NCBI GenBank assembly: GCA_976551045.1
Contig: CDPCPM010000281.1
Span: 3,038,001 to 3,102,000, forward strand
Reading direction: 5' to 3'
DNA length: 64,000 bases
From: Glaucostegus cemiculus
Lineage: Eukaryota
Position numbers and translations under genes: made by a program. Below the pieces are notes generated by a model. That model was given only the letters and a program-made list of their open reading frames with translations. It did not search any database and was not told the origin of the DNA. Position 1 is the stretch's first letter, and each line of letters starts with the position of its first letter. Of this stretch, positions 11,481-24,446 are shown piece by piece.

Positions 11481-13596
11481 CTGAAAGCACCAACAGTAGG
11501 GGGAAAATGGTCAAAGGAATTCTTAATTCTGTTTAGTATATTTACAGTTAACTGCATGATACTAATCGCGTAGAACGACGTTAATTTACATTCATGGTGG
11601 ATGGATTATTGTTAATATTGCACTTGTCTTGCTCCAAAGTGTCCAGGGGCGTACAAACGGAAGAACTATAGACGTAAAAATGTCGCCTATATTTGTATAG
11701 ATCTGCGTTATCAAGCAACCGAGACCAGATTAAATCGGGACCGACACATCGGCGTGTGACAGATTGATCAGTGGACTATTACATTTAGAAAATCGACTGA
11801 AAATGAGCGCAAACAATTTATGAGAAATCCATGTCAGCAAACTGGCCAAAAGTGACAGAATGTTATGTGGGATGTCTCACAATCAACCAGATTGACACTG
11901 TCGTTCGGCTCGGAGCGTGTACTTCACAATGCGGCTGATTTTCCGTCTTATTCACATTAACCAAGGCGATATATTATGTTTTGACTCTATTTCAATTCAA
12001 TGTACACAAACTTTATTAAAAGCGTTGGTAGCAATTTATGTAAAATAAGTTTTTCATTGTCGGCAAAATTAAAACCATTCGAGTACGCTCTATTCTAATC
12101 AGAATGCATGTATGTATACGGCCAGCTAAAGCCTAACTTAGTCAATATCGATTTCAACATACATAAAAAAAGTGCTCGTTAAAATTACAGGTATTTTTCT
12201 GTTTCCCTCTTAAAATATTTCGGTACAATGTTTATCTTTAGTGTACTTCTTGATCAAGACAGTGTTTTTACGAAATTGTATAACAGGTGAGCATTAACCA
12301 TTCAACGCTGTGCAAGTTTATCGACATTTTAAAAGCAAGGGAAAGGCAAACTCGTTTTATTCGAGGCAAAGAGCTGCAAGTGAGAAATGTGTTTTTAATA
12401 TAGTATGAAGCATGTCGTGCATAAACTAAAACAATATTCTACTGAAAACGACATTTTTAAAAGAATCTCATTTTCATGCTGGGTGTAAAATTCATTGGAT
12501 TAATAAATGTTACGTCATTTACAGGTGACGGCAGATTGAAATGATGATGGCGTATGATCCCGGAGGAGGAAGGAGATTTCAGGAGTGCCTTATTAGAAAG
12601 GTCTTCAAACTTGACATTAAACCATTCATTAATAATAACTGAGGGGGTGGTTGGTTCAATCAATTGTTCCGGTATATAAGCAATAGGTAAAGGATATGTT
12701 GCTGTCACATTAGCTTCTGCAACTTGAATCAGATTAATACTTTTAAGGGACTAGTACTGTAACAACTTTCTTAGTTGAAGAAAGTGAAATATATTACTTC
12801 AAGAAAAGCGTTATTCGTACATGCCTGCCGCATGGTTGCAACTTACAGTTAAACTGTAAAAAAGTTTGATATAAATAATTGATTCAACAAGAAAGATAGA
12901 AGTAACTCATCGCTAAATTTACTATCAAACTCGGGTTGTACGTTTGGTTACATTTGGTTCATGAGACGGGGGATTACAATTGTGTAGCTATTTGTGCAGT
13001 CTACTTAGGTGATTGCTAACAAAGGTTTGCCCATATGTCCTTTGTCTATGGTTTCCTCTTCAAACACTTTGTTATTCAAAAACACTTATCCCATCGTTAC
13101 CAAAAAAAAAGAAAACACCAAGGACGTAGACAGAGCCGATGGATTTCCTCCAGGATTCGTAGTTATTGATCTTTGCTTTAATTTGCCTCAGCAAAAGAAA
13201 AGTGCGAGCTCTATTTTGTCTTGCTGAATACACATTTTCCGCATTACAAGATCAGCAAAGTTACCGATCGTGGTTGAAACAGACATGTGTAAATATGTTC
13301 ACGCAATTCAGCTGTTTTTACCGTGCAGCAGTACATAGTCATGTGTAGGATTTATGTTGAATCTTTCAAGTTACAATTCCTTTTCCTCGCCTAACCGAAC
13401 GACACATGCTTTATAAATATGAAAGTTATCCAACAGCTAACTATAAGACATAAATTAATTTTATTCACTAAGTACTAACCTAGCGTCTTGGAAAACAGAT
13501 AAAACAACAGCATTTCAGTCTCGGCATAAACTTGAAGCTAACGCAATACGAATATAACATTATGATGATGCCTTGAAGTCATACCATTGCACTTAC

Positions 13597-13766
13597 CGAA
13601 AGAAGTCGTTCTTGCAGTAGAGCTTCCCTTCTCGTGAAAAACATTTTTCTGTTAAATTGCATTTGCATTCGCAGCACTGCACACACTTCACATGCCAAGC
13701 TCGGTCCAGGACGTTTAATAGGAACCTATCAAGAATAGGCCTTTCGCACCCCGCACAGTGTACCAT
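13597..13766 (-). CDS. LHX1: LHX1 coding exon 1 (LIM domain 1)
   Basis: ATG at 13766 (ACAATGG) gives [57 protein letters not shown], donor CG|GTAAGT, 170 nt. Not in the ORF track. The five exons join in frame to 1233 nt. Confidence 0.97.
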
Positions 13767-14329
13767 TGTCTTTGGATTGTTCCCAGATAATGAGATAGCT
13801 GACGGTTAGATATTTGGCTGGTAATAATGAGGTCCTCGATCGTCCAGGAGGCTGATCCTTTAGAATGGCTGTTATTAAAGGGCGATGGTTCCAACGGATT
13901 TAAATGGCCAGCGTTCTTTCTTTTGAGGTAGCTGATATCAGTCAAAGGAAATCGAAGCAGGTGTACTCCTAAAGAAACAATCGCCCTCTTAAAGAAATTA
14001 CTATAAAATAAAGAAAAGCTACACTAATCAACAAGCAACAGTGCTGTCACTCTGGAGTATTGAAGTAAATGATTTACTCCAACATGACGCAAAAGATAGT
14101 GTTTAATTTTGCCTCTTGTCTCATGTATCTCTTAAGTTTGCTTGTATTGAACACTACTAGCAAAATTATAATACATAGATATTAAATACTCCAGAAATAA
14201 AATATGGGTGACAGGCCTGTGGCAAGCATTGCTTTTGATTTCATGGTTCAACTTTCCTGCTCTGGAAGAGGAGTATCTCCAGTGGTGTTTACTGTCCGGC
14301 TGTGGTGGTGCTGTGGGTAAACATGTCAA

Positions 14330-14600
14330 TCACCGGCGCCGCTGCTCTGCCCGCCGCACGCGCTCACCCGACTGCATGTTTCCTGGAGCTCGCGCACACC
14401 TTATTCATATCGCCGTCACGCGCCCCGCCGCGTCACCGGCGCCCCCGTCCAATCAGCCGCCCCGGAGCCATGGCAACCATTAATTTATGACAGTTTTTTT
14501 CTCTCGGTGTCTTTTTTTTCCCCCCCTCTCGCCTTTGAAAGACTCGCAACATCTCGCCTAGAGAATAGCGGAAGCCGCGGCCGCTTCTGAGGTTTAGGTA
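14330..14600 (-). promoter_or_regulatory. LHX1 proximal promoter and CpG island
   Basis: CpG-rich patch ~570-830 bp upstream of the ATG. Contains CCAAT (14449-14453), an X-box-like GGAGCCATGGCAAC (14464-14477) and TAATTTATGAC (14481-14491). Confidence 0.7.
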
Positions 14601-17600
14601 TAGTTGCAATGTTTTTTTTTCCGCCTTTCTTCTGTCATATCCTTCTGGGTTTTTTTTTTGCATTTGGAAGGTTCATTTTGCAATTTTCATCGCGGTCGAA
14701 CGGTTGACTAAAACAAAACCACAAAAAAAAAATCCTCAAGAAAGTATGTTTTACATGTTCAGGCCCTCTTTCTCCTTTCGGAGTTTTTTCATTTTGCTGC
14801 TGTTGGTCATATTCTCGATTGTGTGCGGGTGAAAGAGAGACAGAGACAGAGAATGAGGCAGCTAAGATTCAAAGCTTGCATCTTACCCCATGTTTCGGTC
14901 ATTCTGCAATTGTAAACTGTAGCAGATTGATCGCCCTGTTTATAATCAAGCGGTAAGCCAACACTGGTTGGCAGAAGTTACGATACCTTCGTCGGGCCAA
15001 TCCATGTGAAATGGCAAGGATATAATTTCAGGGTGCGGGGCGGGGGTGGGCTGCTGTATGGTTGCCCATCATCAGGTGAAAATGGAAGAGGAATATTTGG
15101 CGTTTGGTGAAAACACAGTGGTGGGGTGAGTCAGTAAAATAGCTTCAATATGCATGAGCGTCTTCCCCGCCTGCATTTTAACCTTTGAAGTCGTATCCGC
15201 TGAAAACGCGAGAGACTATATGAAAGACCTAACAGGTCATTTTATCACCTCTTCACTTGTTGATGATTGCCCTGTTCCTCGGGAAATGCTTACTTGTCAT
15301 CTGTAAGGGACGTCTCCCCCGATTTATCTCAAATTCGACACCAAATAGTGCTAAACATATTTGCATATTAACGTTAGAATTGATTTTTTTTTGATGTTTG
15401 TGTATATTGCGTCTCGCGTCAGCGCGAATGGAAACAAGAAAGGCTCGACCTGAAGTCATCATCTCGAACAGTTGACAGATCACACTGGCCAAACTTGGGG
15501 CGCGGTGAAAGTTGAAGATTTGCATTTAGTTTAGACTTTTACCGTAGTTTTCCAAACAAAACGCCGACCTATAGTCCGCTTAAGATCAATCTTTTCTTGC
15601 AGCGGCTAGGGTCGGGTGGGAATAGCCACGCATTTTGTGTCTCATCTGATTGAGGCAGCAGAATTGCGAGGGATGAAAGAGGAGGCGCAGAGAAGATACT
15701 AAGACTCAACACTCCACCCAAACAGCACTTTCACCATTTCTAGTTTTATTAGAGTAGGCGCTGACAGACTGGAGTGGAGATGGTCCAAGATGCAGTTTGT
15801 CTGGAAACACAAATCCTGTTTGCAAACATTTAGTTGGCGGTGATATTAAACACTGTGAACTGCAGTGTCAGTACACATCAATTAGCGAATCCTCTCGATT
15901 GCTAGACGTTTGTGCTTTTAACATCACCATGCTCCAGTAAGTGCCTTTAGGTGTTCTTTACTCTTTCATAGTGTTCTATTTCTTCTCGGGTCCTTCGCCT
16001 GTAACCTGAGTCCAACACTTTATCACACATTTTTATATACTCCACATGATGAACATGTGTACCGCCACTCTAATTCGTCACCTTTGGACAAAATATACCC
16101 CCCCCCCCCGGACAATGTGGTAATCATTCGTCCAAGCCTGCCGACTTTGCCAATTTATTTAACATCTTTATGACTTCGCTGCATAAAGCGAGAAGCAAGA
16201 TTTTATACCATTGGGGGTCGTCTCTTACTGTAACCGCCAAATATCATTAACTTAATCGGTAAATTGGTAAAAAGACGTTGAGCGGTTTCTGATAAATGGA
16301 TGATCCATGACACCAAAAGTGTAAAACAAAACTCTTTGCTCCCTGCAGACAGGAGGCCATCCCGGTCAAACTTTGCTTGTTCCCAGTAAAGCCGTAATAT
16401 TTAGTGAGAGCCAACTCTCCTGTTTGTTGTACGGACACCGTCTTTGTTACTCAGTTGCTTCTTCAGCCCACGTCTGCTGACCTGCCACTCACAGCACAGA
16501 TTCCCCTTCAACCGACTCTTCACAGTTACTACCCTACGCACATTCTTTGCAAAGAAAAAAATCAATAAACTCTTTCTGCATATGGGATTCTTCTCATGCA
16601 AAAGGGGGAAGCGTGACTGGTAAGGACTTGGCCCTCCAGACTACACAGTGACAGCTGTAGTCTTCTATCTGGGGACTTCTTTCCTTTGACACTCTCCCAG
16701 ATGACATGTGTTGGTCAGGAATGAATAGAGATAAGAGATGAGCAACATCTTTGTGACCATCGTGTCTACTTCTACTCCAATATTTTATTCAGCTGCAAAG
16801 CATCTGGTTGTATGATTGCAACACAAGCTTCTCTCAAATATCAGAGTTTACAGTTAGGTGTCGAAAGTAATTCAGTCGAACACCTCACACAGCCCATAAC
16901 GTGATACACTTGCGAAACATGTGCGTTGTGTTTAAGAATTTAACATAAAATTGGCCAGTTTTTGTATTTACAGTACTTGTGTTAGGCAACTGAATACACT
17001 TGGAAGTTCAACATTTTGAAACCCTGGGGCCGTTCTACAGAAGTGAAATTGACTTGAAATTAACAAGCAGGACAGTTGAAGCGAAACGTCTCCAGGTTTA
17101 ACAAATTTTAACCTGCAGGGGGTAAGAGCGCCAGAAAGAGAGAAAATGTTTCCTTTGCATTCCGTCCCATGCAATATTATGGAGATGTTGCAAGAGGTTT
17201 AATCACTCAATTGAAAGGCTAGTTCAAATCACGTGGTTGGATGTGAAACTAACATTTGTGTGAAACACTTTGAAGTGAAGGTATTTATTTAAAGCGTCCA
17301 AGACTGTTGCAAGAATTATGTGTGTTTGTGACGGGGGCGCTCGGGTGGGGGAAATTAACGTATCCACCTAGTTTTCAGTTTTACATAAAGTACACTCAAT
17401 CAGTTTCGACAGGAGCCACGATCACAGGCAACCTTCCTTCACCCTCTCTTCAAATTACCGAAGTGAAATGTAATCAACTGATTACCACAGGACTCCGAGT
17501 AGAGTGCACTTTTTGACCCGGCTTTGTAAACGAACTTTCCAATTTTAAGCATCCATTTTCAGCTCGCAAGCATGATTGCATAAAAAAGTGATTACTGGAC

Positions 17601-20600
17601 ACGTTACGCAGAGCCGATATAAATTCAAATAGCTTACGAAATAGAAAATATACGTTGACCGAATAATCTGCTCTAATTTAGTCAAGAATATTTTCGTATG
17701 CTGACACATTACATTGTTCATTTTAAATGGACTGGTTGAGTTGAGAAGCAGGCAACATCACCGGGATTCAATCCAATCATTCTTGACTCCTAAACTTAAA
17801 ACCACGCCGAGTGAATTCTGTCTTAACCCTTTCCCTTTAGAAAAATCCATAGGGCGCGATTTTACAGTACTTCATCTAAGAAATGACCATGGCTGGGAGG
17901 AGAAGATTTATCAGCAAAGGCTCAAAGGCTGGCGGTATTAACAGGTCTAGAATCTCCTTAGCTTCATCAAAACAGCCAGAGTCACAGCCAGTGGCTGTCA
18001 ACGCAGAATGGAAGGAGATATCGATTGAAAGTGAGCACCCAGTCATTGTGTATGAATGTTAACGGGTCCAAACACAATTCACACACTCAGCCTTTTCCGT
18101 TACATAGCACAGGAGACAGCAGGTTCACGTCTTTGTCCACGCAGAATAGGTCCCATCACTCTCCATTTCCCTCGTTCTCTAACGCACTGCATTTGCATTG
18201 TATGCTAATATTGTACCTAGCATTACTTTGTTGGTGATCGTGCATAGCGCTTTTAACAATGCACGCACTATGCATTTACACACAATATTTGTAGATAATG
18301 GTACACCAGGCCAATCACACAACTATCGTCTGTTGCTAAATTGAGTGGATTGGAATATTATCCATACATTTTGTTAAGATTATTACAGATATATTATATT
18401 ATAATCTTGGAAATAACGCTCTTTTGTTGTAACTTTGGGCATATAGTGAATATCTATTTGGAGACTTGAATCTATTTTAAAAGTTGTGATATATGGTATA
18501 TCATTCGCTCGAGAGCTTTTTAATGAAATGGCAACGTGGAGGGCAAGTTACCCTAAAACTTGAGTTCCAAATTTCAATCTGTAATTTATCCTCTCACCAA
18601 TAATCCGTACAAAGCACACGCAGTGGAGATTTAGGTCGAGAATCACCCAGTTATAATGGTAATTTGATGTTCTATGATTATAGTTGCAGCTAATTACCAT
18701 TAAAGGGACAGTATAATGAAAGATCGCCAGCTACTCTTGCGTGTTTAAAAATCAAATTTAAAAATTATCTTCATTCAATAAAAAATAAAATAACCTTTGG
18801 CCTATCATCAAAAGCAACCACTTTGCGGGTTTGAAAGCAATGAAATTGCCCTTCATGTCAAAAGTAATCTTACTCTCCGTGTTCCAGGGACTTCCTCCAA
18901 CCCCCTCCTGGTTCGCCCCCCCAACCCCGAACCCCCGCCCCGCCAACACAAACACACACACACACAGAAAGGGCACTTTGTTTTGCCTGTGATATAAATA
19001 TTTAAAAGAAATCAGTCAAATGCCTATCCTTTACCTGGCTTTGTTTAGACTTGGGGCATCAATAAGTAGGCTACCAGAATAAGTGCTATGGTGCTCAATA
19101 AACGACGGGAAAGCCTAATTACGGAAATGGAGACCTGCTTTATAGTATCAGCTAACCTAACTACTAGAGATTATAGCACAGTAGCTGTAAGTACACCTGT
19201 AGCGTTGAAATTAAGTCAAGGGGCAGTTGTCAAGTTCAGGTTTACAGCGAAATCGTTATTGTTCATGTTTTTAACTATCGACTCCTTTGCCCTCCCCCAT
19301 AGCATGTGACTCTATCCATAGAGATCAGACTGGTTGCTTCGCTCGTCAAGATCCGTTGACTCCCCACCCTCCTCTTGACCTCTCTGTTAGAAGATGTGGG
19401 TGACACTTGTGATAAACTGAGAAATATACAGCGAGGCTGTGATCGGCCAAGTGCAACTGGATTACAAACAACTGTGAAAGATCTCCCGTGACTTGAGCGG
19501 TATAGCAACAGCTTCGCATCAAATGGACCACGAGTTGATCCATTCTGTGTTGCTGTAAACTTCGATTTGACAGACAGACAATAACTAAAGATTGCAGCAT
19601 GCTCTCAGAACCTTTCCTCTTGAACTATCTAGACCGTACACTTTCAGTAATATATCAATACCCATTCTGTCGCAACAATGTCTCTCCTGACATGGAAAGT
19701 TTAAATTTATTTTAATAGTGCATTAAGTAAATTAGTTGCATGACTTAAGAAATAGGGTTGGAATATATTATGGCATTTTATTGTTATAATTTGTTTGTGA
19801 CTATACTTCGATCAATGAGGCTGAGAAATTAAGTTCAAGCATTGCCCCATACGTCAAGACCAATGGGAAGTGAGATTGCAGCAAACCACGAGCTAAGTTC
19901 TTAGTTTTGCTTTTTGACCAAAAAGTTCTGTTGAATCCATTCTGCTTGTTTTACTTTGTTTTCTTTCTGTACCTCGAATCCATAAGGTGTGAACCACGTT
20001 TACTAAGGAAGTCAAGATATTGAAGATATATGTGCGCCAGTAACATTAGAGTACCAAAGTACTGGATAAACAATCATTAGATAAGGCAGTAGATTCTGGA
20101 AGTATGGTGTTATAGAACCTTAGGAACATGAACACTCAGTTTAATATTTCGATTTAATTAATCGGACGTGTATAAATGCAATAGTTCTCTGAAAGTATAA
20201 CAGTGGGAATGAAATCACGGCGTAACTGGAATCGTAGAGCAACAACTTTGCATCAGGTGGACCACTGGTAATCTGAGTTAATTGTAAGTAGTTGAAAATA
20301 AGGTGTAAACTAGGTCTATGAAGCAAAATTAAGATACATACATATGATAATGATCTCAATATTTTTCGATTATGGACTTGGCAACATTTTTATATGCATT
20401 TTAATTGTCTTAACAGGAGCAAAATTCATTAGGTGGCACCCCAATGATGCAACAATACATTTCTTTCCTAACAACCTATAATGAGAAATTCAGCACACCG
20501 CTCTGATAATAACATCTCCCTCTGCCACTTTAGCAATTCTAGTGATATATACAATAAAACAGCGTATTATTATGCGCATATTGTTTGCTGTGCTGAAGCT

Positions 20601-20679
20601 CTTTAAATTATAGATTTAAGTAGAATCATAGTCTTTACAGGTATGTTAAGAAAATGAATGAGTTAAGTCAATCAATTCT

Positions 20680-21180
20680 TCTACCTTATAAAGGATACAG
20701 TAGCATTGGAAGCAGTCCAAAGGAGATTCACTGGGCTAATTGCTTGAATGTTCTATCAAGAAGCTAGACAGTTTGGTTCTGTATTCTTTGGAGTTTAGAA
20801 GAATGAGGGATAACCTTCTTCAAAGATCCTAACAGGGCTTGACAGAGTAGATGTTGAGATGTTTCCATGGTGGGACGGTCACGAATAAGGGAACATAGTT
20901 ACAAAGTAAGAGGCTGGTCATTTAAAACCGAGATGCACAGAAATGTCCTCTCTCACAGGGTTGTGAGCCTCTTCACTGGCCCCGAGGGCGGTGGAGGCTA
21001 GATCATTAGCTATATTTAAGGTGGAGGTAGATAAATATTTGGAAGTTTGCTGAATTGAGGATTATGGGCAACTAGTACACAAGAGGAGTTGAGGCCAGCA
21101 TAGATCAGCCACGATCATATTGAATAGCTGGATAGACGAGGAGCCCGGTAGCTTTCTCCTGCTCCAGTTTTCTTCCGTTC
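20680..21180 (+). mobile_element. Degraded CR1 LINE 3' fragment
   Basis: Aligns by eye to the 3' half of the intact CR1 at 51735-52699 (aaggata..gcattggaagcagtccaaaggagattcac; gagtttagaagaatgaggg; ggtggaggc; gatcagccacgatc). Contains stops and indels. Confidence 0.85.
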
Positions 21181-22554
21181 CTGAGTAGAGAACTCCAAAC
21201 GCGACTCCAGTGAAAGCAGGCCATCACAGACTATTCCGAAAGATTCAACTCTTATTTACCTCGAAGCATCAATAATAAAACGATACATATCCTCTTGGGA
21301 AGTCCATCGTCAAAAGTATAGCTAGAAAACACATCGGAGAGGTGGAAGTTAGTCAAATATTTGGTTGATCAGAAACTTTTTTTGCCTGGGTTCGGCGTTC
21401 AGTAATAAAAGTTAACAGACCAAATCCACTGGTAGAGCAGGAAAGATAACACTCTAGGTAAATCATGCTCTCCATTGATCTCCCAACTTGGAAAGAATCT
21501 TTAGTTAAGTATCCCTGGTGAAATGTATGTTTTTATGCAGCTAGATTTTGGAAGCAGACTAGTTCTGCTATTGCGTTTGTAGTTTTTGGTATGAGTAAAA
21601 GATTAGCTCAAGAAGTTCCTACTCGTAACATTGCATATTCCTTTTTTGATTTTTCGTACTTTTACCTTATAACAAATTCGGAAATGGTTGTACTTCCATT
21701 AATCGTTCCGCACGCTAATTATTACTTCACCTGCGTTTGGATTTGGGCTTGTGAGTACGTGAACTTTCCCCACCACTTCGGCCATTCAGCGGACACCTGC
21801 AACTCGCCCTAGAACAGTAGTTGTGGAACTCAAAACATCTGCCAGTCGTGTCAAGATATTGACCAAAGCAACACAACAGTTTCCCCGATTTAAAAATTCA
21901 CTGGCAGCCTGGATTAGAAATTCGATGAAGGCTATAGATCTTCCTGTAGTCTTGTCACTAGGACAGCTGCTATGTTCGTTCCAAAGCCAATAATCTAGAG
22001 GCACAACGATGTAATTTCTTTTTTTTTATTATTTCCCTCATTGACTCCATATCAAGCTCCAAAACTTCAGTGAACAAACTTTTAAATCAGTTATGACATC
22101 GATCAACTTCATTTTACCCCCAGGAACCTTGTGGTACTTCTGCAACGTTTAGCAAATGCTCCAATTAATCATCTCCGCCAACAGATATAATTGAATTGCT
22201 TAAAATGTTTTGTGAAAAGATGCAGGAAAAGAGGCAAATTGTCCACCCAACGTTGAGTTTCCCAGGGAGATTCCGTTTGAGCAGGCGATACTATCAGTGT
22301 AATGTCAAAGGAAAAAGAACACATGCTACAAACTGATGCGAGAGGCCGATAAATTGCAATCGGCCTCAGCGCTACACAGCAGGTTTGGGAATAACGGCAG
22401 TCTCGGAAATATAAATGGCTTATCAATGGCGTTACGCGGGGAGGGAGAATGCATGAGAGAAAGAGAGAGTGCGAGGAAGAGAGTATATCGGAGAGGAGAA
22501 TGGAATTCCCCCTTCCAAGAATGCGGTCCCAGTCCCAGCGCATCCATCTTCATT

Positions 22555-22555
22555 G

Positions 22556-22606
<51 letters not shown>
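22555..22606. repeat. (TG)n microsatellite
   Basis: Directly visible, with one TG->CG interruption. Confidence 0.97.
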
Positions 22607-22609
<3 letters not shown>

Positions 22610-24386
22610 CAAAAGCACTATCGAAGGCACGGTTTATATTTTATTTCCGCTAGATCAGGAGGGAGATAGAGCTTTTCTTCTCGCGCTGGGAACGGGTGCT
22701 GGGGGAGAGATATTTTATTTATATTTTACGGTTTTATGTTAGCGACGTGTCAAGGAGACAAAATAAATTGCTAATGCATAAGCAAAACCCGACTGCTTTG
22801 GCTTGCTGCGTGTCAGAACTGTGTGGAAGGAGTGGTGATATGGGATTTAGAACGGATGGGAGGCTCTGAGGGATTTAAACTGGAAATTACTCTCTCGTCC
22901 TGCACAAAATCAGTGACTGATGATGGGCTTTCTGACTGAATTTGAAAGCGCTAGTCCTAGGGCAAGAGGCTGGCTCTGGCTTACTTTAAAACAAAAGCAT
23001 TTGGTAAGAAAGAGCAGTTTGACAGAAGAATAGGTGCGTAAACAAAACGAAGATATTTCCAATATCTCGCTTTCGTCTTGCCTGTGATTTGATTATACTA
23101 TTAAGAAGTATCATTTTCCAAAGCCCATTAAATTCACGCTAATTACAAATCAAGACAATGGCCTATTACAAAATGTTAAACCGTATCCATAAGTTCAAGA
23201 CTTGACCTAACATTTCAGTAAAATAACATTTTTTGTTTAATCACCTGCATTAAAGAGGTCGTATCAATTCTCAGCATAGAGTCGTTAGCTATCGCAGAGA
23301 ATAAATTCACATCGGATAATTGCGATAAATTAATATTAACAGAAACGGTCAGTTTATAGAAGATTGACTACAACAACGCATTAATCCCAACAGACCAATG
23401 AATTAAAAATGGCGACCGCTTTGACTGGGGACCTTAAATCCATGTGAGCAAACTTGATAGCGAAGAACAAACCAACTTTAGTGGTTTCATTTGATCAATG
23501 AATTCTGCAAACAATTTATTTATACGGAGTTCTACTTTCAACGTGCACGCGCAAATGCCGGAGTTGGAAGGTTCCTTTGCAAGGAAACTTTCAGCACCGG
23601 TGATATATTATGGTTATGATGTCATTTGTGTCCTGAGTGTTACAGGAATATAAATGGCCCCGAAACTGTAAAGGCTTCTTTCCCATATTTCATATGTGTA
23701 AAAAAAGGGAATTTGTAAGGGTAATTTGAATTTACTACACACCTGCATGATTGTATACAAGTAGGTATAGCATTTGCTGTGTTTGCCCTAAAAGACTGAA
23801 TTAAGCCTCTTGGAATTTAATCACCAGACCCTTAAAATAACACATTCATCCAGCGATATTTTTATAGCTTTGTATAAAATTTTGATATGATTTCTGACAT
23901 TATAATAAACCATGATTCTCATAGAGGTGGGGTAAAGGACTATAGTCTCAAGTGTCCAACCTCACACATTGCTAAAGGCAACACCGATTGAAGCACGATT
24001 AATACGCGATGAATTATATAATTAATCCTAAAATATTTTTCACACATAATTTGGAACATAGAGTTGAAGGTAGGTTGTGAATTTAGGATGCTAAGTGTGC
24101 CATTTCTTTCCATGCCAGTTTGAAATATAACTCGATCAAAATTTTGCCCTTTTAATTGCATAAATCATTACAGTGACCACGTTAGTGCTGTTAAAAAGAG
24201 TTACTTTTTCACAACGCCCAGCAATAAACTGTTGTTTGTTGTGAGTCGTTTTTCAGACACCTTTTCGGCGCTGGTTGTAAATAAAGGCTCTTCAGTGGAC
24301 ACTAGGTAATAGTTCTCACCTTGATTACAAAACTTGGTCCGTATGTTGGATGATGGAGGTTATTGGAGAACTGGAGGTCACTGAAG

Positions 24387-24446
24387 AACTTGACACTCCT
24401 CCAAGACTGACCAAGTGGCCACTTAGACTTGGAGGAGTGTCAAGTT
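24387..24446. repeat. Inverted repeat with perfect 19-bp arms and a central 12-bp palindrome
   Basis: aacttgacactcctccaag (24387-24405) is the exact reverse complement of 24428-24446. aagtggccactt (24413-24424) is self-complementary. Confidence 0.95.

Noticed and set aside
4571-13766. Calling the gene LHX5
   Set aside because: The single-Met MVHCAGC start, [43 protein letters not shown] and linkage to AATF all favour LHX1.
22169-22742. ORFs with CVCVCV or ERERES repeats
   Set aside because: Translations of the TG microsatellite and the GA-rich tract.
23590-23610. TTCAGCACC, the left half of a REST/RE1 site
   Set aside because: The right half (GGACAG) is missing at canonical spacing.
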